This document shows positions 56,709-64,000 of a stretch of 64,000 bases of DNA, one piece after another; position 1 is the first letter of the stretch, and every line of letters begins with the position of its first letter. Under the pieces are notes generated by a model, which saw only the letters and a program-made list of their open reading frames with translations, was not told the DNA's origin and made no database searches. Source of the stretch: a virus; the IMG/VR virus record IMGVR_UViG_3300035698_012088, positions 32,001 through 96,000 of that record. One strand, 5' to 3'. The translations under genes and the position numbers were made by a program.

Positions 56709-57371
56709 ATGAATAATATACAACATCTACGGGTAAAAATCTACCCTCAGAGACATTATGATACGTGGAAGTTTTTTAATTCGCCCACTGTCCAAATGAT
56801 ATTAGATGTAATGCTGTACAGCCTTCAGAGCTGCAAAGACTTTGATCAATTTTTGGAAGGGACTTCTGAAGGTAAGTTCAGATTTCAAAGGAGCCAAGTT
56901 CTAGCATTATCTGGAATGTGTGAAGATAGTTATGATAGAGCTCTAGCTAAGCTTCAACCTTATATCAAATCTAAAGAGCACGTGAACAAGTTTGAATGGT
57001 TATACCAGATAGACCTAAAAAAACTAGTTACTGTTATGCATGAAGCAGACCTGGAACTTAACTCTTTAAAATTAGCTCCTACAGTTAAAACTAAATTTAA
57101 GAATAGAGTGGTTACTTGGGAAGATCTATTAGAAGCCTATAACCTTATTACAGAAGAGAATATAGAGGTTAAAAAGGAAGAGCCCAAAGCTATAACTGTT
57201 AAAAAGGAAGCTCTTAAAGTTATATACACTACTCCTGAAGAAGTTAAGTTGGTTAAGTTATGGAAGACCATTAATAGAATTGATGTGAAGCCAGAAGAAT
57301 ATGACGTTGCAATGAGAGCGTATATTTCACTAAAAAACAACATCAAAGAGAAGCAGTATGTCGACAATTAA
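56709..57371 (+). CDS. Putative winged-helix replication initiator-like protein
   Basis: FRFQRSQVLALSGMCEDSYDRALAKL resembles a wHTH; sits beside the iterons. Confidence 0.45.
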   Translation: MNNIQHLRVKIYPQRHYDTWKFFNSPTVQMILDVMLYSLQSCKDFDQFLEGTSEGKFRFQRSQVLALSGMCEDSYDRALAKLQPYIKSKEHVNKFEWLYQIDLKKLVTVMHEADLELNSLKLAPTVKTKFKNRVVTWEDLLEAYNLITEENIEVKKEEPKAITVKKEALKVIYTTPEEVKLVKLWKTINRIDVKPEEYDVAMRAYISLKNNIKEKQYVDN

Positions 57372-57466
57372 ATGAGAACAAACTAATGTTAATTCTACCA
57401 CACCCCCTGGATTAGGTTTTCTACTAGATGATAAAAAGGGCGGAACTTTTGGGATAGGAGAGTAAA

Positions 57467-57622
57467 ATGAGATGCTCTATACAGGCAGAGAAATATAATC
57501 AGGAAAAAAGAAAAAGAGATAAGATACATAAGGCCAGCAAAAAGAATCTTAAGAAGTTAGGCTGCAAAAAGAAAAAGAAAGCCAAGAACCAGTACGGTTT
57601 GGTAGAGGAGATAATAAAATGA
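57467..57622 (+). CDS. Small basic protein (51 aa)
   Basis: Not in ORF track; AGGAG RBS; ends in ATGA overlap with the start at 57619. Confidence 0.55.
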   Translation: MRCSIQAEKYNQEKRKRDKIHKASKKNLKKLGCKKKKKAKNQYGLVEEIIK

Positions 57623-58035
57623 GACAAGTGCAATTACTAGAGTTGACCGGCCTCAGGACTGACTGAGGGGATGATGATATTAAGATGTCAGATCCTAGAG
57701 AGAAGGCCTGGGTAGAAGTTGATGACGCTGAATATAAGACTCTTAAAGAGTACTTTAGAGACTATTCCCACAGAGTGAATGATAGAGAATATTATGTCCT
57801 GGCCACTAGAATGGACGGAGTAACTGCAAAAGAAAAAATAGCTGAAGTCCTAGAGCTTGCTAAGATAGTTATAGAGCAACAGAGAATCACTGATGAGAAA
57901 GCTGTAAGAGCTATTGAAAAGAGAAAGAAAGCTGCAGAAAAGAAGAAGAAAGAAAAAGAAGCTCTAAAGGCAAAGACTGATAGAGAAAAGTTGGATGTCC
58001 TTGCTGCCAAATTAGGATTGAAGATAGGAGATTGA
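57619..58035 (+). pseudogene. Paralog of 58037..58465 with an in-frame TGA at codon 16 (57664-57666)
   Basis: GAGGAG RBS and ATGA coupling at 57619; QVQLLEL aligns with QVQIVDI of the paralog; in frame with ORF 57685..58035. Confidence 0.6.
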
Positions 58036-58036
58036 G

Positions 58037-58465
58037 ATGAAAAAAGAAAAGAAGGTACAGGTCCAGATAGTGGATATTTATACTTATAATGGATGCTATG
58101 AATGTGGAGAGGAGATACATCTGAACTCTTTGGAGGATGCAGATTGGATAGAGGTTTCCCAAGAAGAGTATGAAATTTTAAAGAGATATTTTCTAGAATA
58201 TGATATAAAAAGAAGACAACCTAAGGGATTTGCAGATACAGAAAGATCCATTCTTGTAGAGAAAATTCCTAAAGAATCTGCTTTAGAGAAAATCAAAGCG
58301 ACTATAGCATATGCCGATGATATAATAAAAGACAGAGAAAAAGCTAAGATTAAAAGAGCAGAAGCTAAGGAAAGAAAAGCTAAAAAAGCAGAAGCAGAAA
58401 AATCAAAGAATATGGAAGTTGAGTTTAAAAGACTAGCTAAGAAATTAGGGAAGACTATAACATGA
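58037..58465 (+). CDS. Hypothetical protein with Lys/Glu coiled coil
   Basis: W.EV...EY..LK.YF..Y shared with the upstream paralog. Confidence 0.7.
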   Translation: MKKEKKVQVQIVDIYTYNGCYECGEEIHLNSLEDADWIEVSQEEYEILKRYFLEYDIKRRQPKGFADTERSILVEKIPKESALEKIKATIAYADDIIKDREKAKIKRAEAKERKAKKAEAEKSKNMEVEFKRLAKKLGKTIT

Positions 58466-58731
58466 AGCCAGAGATAAATAAATGGTATAAAATAAAGTAC
58501 CTGAAGTCCTCTAGCAAAAGGGGGTTCCATGGTAAAGCTAAATGTATAAAGTATGAAAAATCTGAAAAGGCTTGGCACTTTAGAAAAGCAGATGAACCCG
58601 ATGTAATGAACTACTTTAACTACATGCTCTTTAGGGAAGAAGAGATCAAAGAGGAATGTAGTTCTGAGCCTACCTATGCCGAATTGCTTGATAAAGTAAA
58701 GGAACTGGAGACTCAATTAGAAGGAGATTAA
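58462..58731 (+). CDS. Hypothetical protein
   Basis: ATGA overlap; 89 aa. Confidence 0.6.
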   Translation: MKPEINKWYKIKYLKSSSKRGFHGKAKCIKYEKSEKAWHFRKADEPDVMNYFNYMLFREEEIKEECSSEPTYAELLDKVKELETQLEGD

Positions 58732-58732
58732 C

Positions 58733-59812
58733 ATGCTTAATCCTAAACTGTATAATGCACTGAACAAGATGTTTGGTGATGTTAGAATATCCAGAGAAGA
58801 TGATGAAGCAGAGTATAGTATCCCAGCAGGGAGGTACTCTTGTTTTACCCCTAAGCAGAATAAGTATGCTGATCTAGAAGATTGGGGTGAGTCTTATGAA
58901 GTGTCTTGTCCAGTTTGTGGAGATACAAGACATAGACTAAGATTCTGTCATCTCTGGGGAGAGAAAGTAATACCTAAAGGCACAAAGAAACCTGTGTACT
59001 TTGGTAAATATTGTATGCATTGCTATAATGAGGAATGCCATAAGACTGAAAAGATATGGACACATTTAAACAAATTAGACTTTACCTCTACAGAGGTTGA
59101 AGTTGCCGCATCCTATACTGCTAAGAATGTACCTTTTAAGAAGATGCTGGATATAGAAATTCCAGTAGTGAAGGGGGCCTTGCCTCTTATTGATTCAGCC
59201 CTTCCTGGATATGTAAGGGATTATCTCCAAGAGAGACATTTCTATATCCAAGAGCTTAATGACCACTATATGTGTAAGTATATACCTGCTGGACTTGATT
59301 GGCATAATGAGGACAAATCAAAAACTGTATCATTCTATGAGGACAGGCTCTTCATTCCTATTATCCAAAGGCAAGTCCAAGTATCTTGGCAGGCTAGGAG
59401 AATAGTAGAGAACGGGATGCCTTTGAAATATCTCTTCCCTCCTGGATGCAGGAAGAGTACCTATGTATATAATATGGATAATGCCCTATTACATAATGAG
59501 ATTGTTATATGTGAAGGAGTTACAGATGTGTGGAGAATTGGTCCCCATGCTGTAGCTATATTTGGTAAGAGTTTAAGTCTTGCCCAATTAGAGATAATGA
59601 GAGTGCTGTGGGGATTTGATGGTAAAGCTGTAATTGCTTTAGACCCAGATGCCAAAAAAGCTGCACACAATATTGCAAAGATGCTTAGGTTTAAAGAGAT
59701 ATTCCCAGGAGGAGTGTCTGTACTAGACTTAGAAAAAGGCGATCCGGATAATTACTCTAGAGAGGAGATAAACTCTCTTATTTCTGAAAAAATGAAGGAA
59801 ACACATAACTGA
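58733..59812 (+). CDS. DnaG-like DNA primase (Zn finger + TOPRIM)
   Basis: CPVCGD...HCYNEEC, YLQER, RLFIPI, WQAR, KY, ICEGVTD, ALDPD. Confidence 0.9.
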   Translation: MLNPKLYNALNKMFGDVRISREDDEAEYSIPAGRYSCFTPKQNKYADLEDWGESYEVSCPVCGDTRHRLRFCHLWGEKVIPKGTKKPVYFGKYCMHCYNEECHKTEKIWTHLNKLDFTSTEVEVAASYTAKNVPFKKMLDIEIPVVKGALPLIDSALPGYVRDYLQERHFYIQELNDHYMCKYIPAGLDWHNEDKSKTVSFYEDRLFIPIIQRQVQVSWQARRIVENGMPLKYLFPPGCRKSTYVYNMDNALLHNEIVICEGVTDVWRIGPHAVAIFGKSLSLAQLEIMRVLWGFDGKAVIALDPDAKKAAHNIAKMLRFKEIFPGGVSVLDLEKGDPDNYSREEINSLISEKMKETHN

Positions 59813-60708
59813 TGGATATTGAACTAACAGGTAAATACAAAAAACATTCCTTAGCTTGGTTACTGCAAAGAACCTACACTAAGACCCTTAAACCAAAAGA
59901 GGGTGTAACAAAGTTGCACATAGATATCCCAACACACTTGGATGCTAGAGCAAACCAACCCCTATTAGGATATACCTTTGAGTATACCACATCTTTAGAA
60001 CAAGTACCCCAGGAGTTTAAATATAATAATGTCTGTACCTATCTGTCTAAAGAGATAGAGGGGACACAGGCCTTTAAGGCTCTCAATGGGTTTATACAAA
60101 TCAGACCTGGAAGAGTTATTGGGTTTGATATTAGAGAAGGGTACAACTACAACAGACAGGATGATATACAATATATGCAAGGATATGGACATGAAGATTA
60201 TTCTAATTTCTATAATGACCTCTTAGATGCAAAAATAGACCAGGAGATAAAGGAACATCAAAGCAGGCCAAGGGTAGGGTACAGCAGCTCCACTAGGAAA
60301 CAGCTTTTCTTTGATGAGGAAAGGTACACCCAAGCTTTAGTAGTACCTGATATTATATATGAATATGCAGTTCCCTCTAGTTCTAGTAGTGACTGCACTG
60401 ACTTTTTTCATGCCTTTATCACCAAACCTAAAAGAGGTAAATACCATGCCTATAGAGAAAAGAGCACAACCAGTTATTATGGAAAAAGAATAAAACAATT
60501 CCAAGAGACCTCATTGGCAGCTTTCTATAGTATCCATGAAAAAGATAAAAAAAGAGCAGGAGAATATAGAACTTATGATTTGAAAACAGATCCCGTGACA
60601 TTTCAGAGAGAACATATAGACGTTGTATGGGATCTATTTGAAGAACCTGAGATGGATGGAAATCTACAAGAGATTTTAGAGACAGCTATGGTAGTAGAGG
60701 AATTATAA
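59812..60708 (+). CDS. Hypothetical protein between primase and polymerase
   Basis: TGATG coupling; ends LETAMVVEEL. Confidence 0.65.
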   Translation: MDIELTGKYKKHSLAWLLQRTYTKTLKPKEGVTKLHIDIPTHLDARANQPLLGYTFEYTTSLEQVPQEFKYNNVCTYLSKEIEGTQAFKALNGFIQIRPGRVIGFDIREGYNYNRQDDIQYMQGYGHEDYSNFYNDLLDAKIDQEIKEHQSRPRVGYSSSTRKQLFFDEERYTQALVVPDIIYEYAVPSSSSSDCTDFFHAFITKPKRGKYHAYREKSTTSYYGKRIKQFQETSLAAFYSIHEKDKKRAGEYRTYDLKTDPVTFQREHIDVVWDLFEEPEMDGNLQEILETAMVVEEL

Positions 60709-60717
60709 GGAGAATAG

Positions 60718-62401
60718 ATGCAACCATTTAAGATAACAGTAGCACATAGAACATGGACCATCAAATCTTGGGATGGTATTTCTGATCCAGTAGAGGCAGC
60801 AGATGAGGAGTTCGCAGCACTAGATACTGAGACAGAAATGATCAAAGAGGGATCCCCCATAGTGCCTGTAATCCTACAGGTGTGTTTCCCCAGATCTAGC
60901 ACTGTATATGTTACTACTGCAAAACAAATGCCTGACTTCATTAGGAGAATGGATACACTAAATCCTGAATTGGAATATGTGTTTCACACCGCCCCCTTTG
61001 ACCTCAATGTATTAGACTTTAGAAATAACACACTATTCGCTGCCCTTAGAGAGGGTAGGGTTACAGATGTGTACTTGAGATATATGATGGAGAGCCTTGA
61101 TAGAGGCAGATTCAATTCCAATGCTTCTCTAAAGGCAATGGCGAAACAGCTGTTGAAAATAGAGTTAGATAAGAATTCAGATATCAGATGCACCTTTACA
61201 CTAGACGCTCCCTTAACAAAGGAACATATAGAGTATGCTGCAATTGATAGTATCGTAACAGCCCTAATCAGAGACATTCTAGTATCTAAATATGAGACTG
61301 AGCAGCTACAGCTACTCGGATATATAGCCTTGAACTCCATAGGGAGAAATGGCTTCCTAATAGACAGAGAGTATCTAGATAAGGTTAGGAAAGATGTAAA
61401 AGACGACATAGAATCCAAACTATATGTATTGAATACCTTTGGCTTTTGGCCAGGGAAAAAGAACAACACCCATGTGCTACAGAAGCTATTGGCTAGTTTT
61501 GAGACAAGATATAATCTGACATTCCCTAAGACGCCAACAGGGAAGATATCAACTACAGATGCCTTATTGGAGAAGCTGGGAGATAATTGCCCACCTTTCC
61601 TACACTGCTATAAAGAATATGTTCACTTGAACAAGATGATGAAAAACTTTTTAAGTGATAAATATATTTATGCAGATGGAAGAGCTCATCCACATTTTAG
61701 GCCACTTGTGGCTACAGGTAGAACAAGCTGCAGTAAAGTTAATATTCAGCAAGTGCCTAGAAAAGAGGGAATGAGGGGAATATATGTAGCTCCAGAAGGC
61801 AAGGTTCTATTAGCAGTAGACTATTGTCAAGCGGAGCTATGTGCTTTAGCTGAACACTGTTTACTAAATTATGGTGAGTCAAGAATGGCTGAGATTATTA
61901 ACTCAGGGACCGATCTTCATAGTTGGTTTGGTAAAGTATTGATGAAAGAGTCTGGATTAAATCCTGAAAATGAGTCCAAAGAGGTATTAAAAGAGTTCAG
62001 GCAGATGTCAAAATCTGCAAGCTTCGGATATCCTGGAGGCCTTGGGCCACAGACATTTATGGAATATGCAAAAGGATATGGGTTAGATATAGATTTAGAT
62101 GGAGCAAGGAAATTAAAAGAGGTTTGGCTAAATACCTTTCCTGAGATGAAGTATCATCTGAAACCCACAGAAGATACAATTAGCACAAGTAAAGAAGTAA
62201 AGAAGTATTGTAAAGAGCATTTAGATAGAATGTATTGGGACACAGAAACAATACAGGACTTATCTGGAGTTTTAAAGCAAACTGGTAAAACAGAAAAAGA
62301 GATAAGAGACATCACATTTAAGATGAATAGATATATGTCAACGACCTTAACAGGAAGAGTTAAAAGAAACTCAACTTATTCAGCAGCGTTGAACTATGTG
62401 T
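60718..62401 (+). CDS. polA: Family A DNA polymerase, exon 1
   Basis: Exo ALDTET, FHTAPFD, YAAID; TGRTS...NIQQVPR; motif A DYCQAEL; motif B RQMSKSASFG; ends AALNYV. Confidence 0.93.
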
Positions 62402-63459
62402 AAACTTGTTGCACATATAAAATTGGGTGAATTCGGTGGAAGCCAACTTGACAATCTGCTTAGTAACTTGTATGTTATTAAAGGCAGATGGTAATACCGA
62501 GCCAAGCTTAAGCAGCAATGCTTTTGAAGGTGTAGAGACTAACTCCCGACTCCCTAGAGGAGAGTAATGGAGACAAGAGCGCCCAGCCCCTAGAAATAGG
62601 GTGATGATATAGTCCAGACTTACACAATGTCAAGGAGATAATATAATGTCAGGTTCTAAAAAGAAAGAGACTCAAGAAGAGTATCTAAGTAAACGTAGAG
62701 ACAGATATAGAGAGAAGAGAGCTTCCCTTACACTTGAAGATACTGAAAAGGAGAGGGTGAAAAATAGGAAGAGAAATAGAAAGTATAGATCACACCTCTC
62801 TCCAGAGAAAAAGAAAGAAAAGTATTTAAGAGACTGTGAGGCATCTAAGAATAAGAAGTTGGGTAATTTAACTAGCATTAATCTTATTTTAGAGACAGCG
62901 GGCAAACGGATTTGTTCTGTTTGCTCGAGCAAGAAAAAACTTTCAGAATTTTCTAAAAAAACCAAAGGTACGTGGAAGAAGATTTGTGATCTATGTTTGG
63001 TACAGAATTATAAAAATTCCTGCAGAAGGGAGTTTAAAGATATAAGTTCTCCTGTATTTTGGAGAACAAAAGCCTACTCAGTTAATTCAGGAGCCTTAAT
63101 TCGACTCAGGAAGAGACATGACCCGGCACTTACAATTCAAACATTAGATTACAAGACCTCTGGCGAAGATCTAATAAATCTTTTTTATAGGCAAGATAGT
63201 AAATGCCTTTACTGTGATATAGAATTAACTGAAGAGAATTTACATATAGATCATAAAGAGGCTCTTTTGGGACCTGACACCCATGCTTTAGATAATTTGG
63301 CTATGTCCTGTAATATATGTAACAGGGCCAAATCTAATCTAAACGAGGAAGAGTTTGTAGAATTATTAAAGGAATTATCTAAGAGAGTATGTGAAAAACA
63401 CTCTCTATCTCCAAGTGTAAGAGCGTAGTATAAAGAGACTACGGAGAATACGATTTTCG
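62402..63459 (+). mobile_element. Group I intron (subgroup IA-like) in polA
   Basis: P1 TATGTGT/GCACATA with U.G; P3 TGGGTG/CGCCCA; P7 GACTA/TAGTC; GATATAGTCC; P9 CTTACAC/GTGTAAG; terminal G; splicing gives AALNYV-F-QGLAADGAK. Confidence 0.92.
62646..63428 (+). CDS. Intron-encoded HNH homing endonuclease
   Basis: AAGGAG RBS; CSVC...CDLC; Q...CLYC...HIDH...NL..SC..CNRAK. Confidence 0.9.
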   Translation: MSGSKKKETQEEYLSKRRDRYREKRASLTLEDTEKERVKNRKRNRKYRSHLSPEKKKEKYLRDCEASKNKKLGNLTSINLILETAGKRICSVCSSKKKLSEFSKKTKGTWKKICDLCLVQNYKNSCRREFKDISSPVFWRTKAYSVNSGALIRLRKRHDPALTIQTLDYKTSGEDLINLFYRQDSKCLYCDIELTEENLHIDHKEALLGPDTHALDNLAMSCNICNRAKSNLNEEEFVELLKELSKRVCEKHSLSPSVRA

Positions 63460-63542
63460 TTCAAGGCTTAGCAGCTGATGGAGCAAAATACGCCCTATGG
63501 TATTTATACTTAGCTGATTATAAGATGGTTAACTTTATCCAT
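63460..63542 (+). CDS. polA: Family A DNA polymerase, exon 2 (83 nt)
   Basis: (F)QGLAADGAKYALWYLYLADYKMVNFIH; homology stops just before motif C DE. Confidence 0.85.
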
Positions 63543-64000
63543 AATAGACACGTCTCTTTCTAATGCTATATTAGTATAGGAAGGAGACATCATGTATTCT
63601 GTATATATGTACACGCACACAAAAAGTAATAAAAAGTATATAGGTCTTACAAAATATACTTTAGAAAAGAGAGCCGGTAAAGAAGGCTGCAACTATAAAG
63701 GTTGTCCTAGATTTTACGATGCCATCCAACAATTTGGCATGTCTGCATTTAAAGCAGAAGTGGTAAAATCAGAACTAACTAGAAAAGAAGCAGCTGATTT
63801 AGAGAAAAAGATGATAAGGAAACTTAAAACCAGAGACCGATCTCTAGGCTATAATCTTCAACCAGGTGGATTTTGTTATCGTAGAACCAAAAGCTCTGAA
63901 AGGAGAAGGCGGCAACGAATAAAAACCACCTTGAGGAAACAAAGGTCTAGTTCTAAAGTAAGAAAGACAATGAGTAATAGAATGAAGGATGTATGGAGCG
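63543..64000 (+). mobile_element. Probable second group I intron in polA (partial)
   Basis: Polymerase breaks after U of the His codon in motif C; endonuclease ORF follows at once; core not in window. Confidence 0.65.
63592..64000 (+). CDS. GIY-YIG homing endonuclease (partial)
   Basis: Not in ORF track; MYSVYMY......KKYIGLT....R...AIQQFG...E...I......GYNLQPGG. Confidence 0.9.
   Translation, partial: MYSVYMYTHTKSNKKYIGLTKYTLEKRAGKEGCNYKGCPRFYDAIQQFGMSAFKAEVVKSELTRKEAADLEKKMIRKLKTRDRSLGYNLQPGGFCYRRTKSSERRRRQRIKTTLRKQRSSSKVRKTMSNRMKDVWS

Noticed and set aside
57358-57465. Short frame MSTIK-TGA-EQTNV...GIGE as another recoded gene
   Set aside because: Weak RBS, no paralog or motif to support it
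34539-57666. Genome-wide stop codon reassignment suggested by in-frame TAG (34539) and TGA (57664)
   Set aside because: Long conserved genes contain no internal TAG/TGA, and many genes end in TAG or TGA with coupled downstream starts
54792-58716. Long antisense ORFs 54792..55499 and 58096..58716
   Set aside because: Fully overlap well-supported plus-strand genes and have no recognisable features
60718-62403. Truncated polymerase pseudogene
   Set aside because: The TAA lies across the 5' splice site of a group I intron; splicing restores the frame
63531-63563. FIHN read as an intein C-terminus
   Set aside because: No upstream intein blocks, and the frame stops six codons later; it is the motif C exon boundary

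Overview
A 64 kb piece of a large, AT-rich tailed-phage genome in the standard genetic code. 0-23 kb holds a virion module (neck, tail tube, tail chaperone and tape-measure-like genes) with at least four proteins carrying long poly-serine tracts; the largest is a 1279-aa protein with a 7 x 42-aa LVIVD-like propeller between two Ser stalks. A GT2, a GT2-GT4 fusion and an intein-containing radical SAM/SPASM gene sit among these structural genes. 23-35 kb is a dense glycan-modification cluster (glycosyltransferases, two sulfotransferases, four SAM methyltransferases, a DUF4254-like protein). 35-45 kb has a sigma factor, a catalytically degenerate stand-alone Hint protein, minus-strand probable head genes and the large terminase. 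45-64 kb is the replication block: SbcCD/Mre11-Rad50, small paralogous ORFs, SF2 and DnaB-like helicases, an iteron-containing origin candidate with HTH/antisense/rep layout, primase, and a family A polymerase split by one complete group I intron (HNH ORF) and a probable second one (GIY-YIG ORF) running off the window. Best candidates for novelty: (1) a phage-encoded mucin-like virion glycoprotein system with sulfation and methylation; (2) a shared 10-residue C-terminal tag on about ten dispersed proteins; (3) a repeated hydrophobic-x-K-x-A motif that may be a maturation-protease site; (4) a plasmid-like antisense-controlled replicon. All protein calls come from motifs recognised by eye; no searches or folding programs were run.
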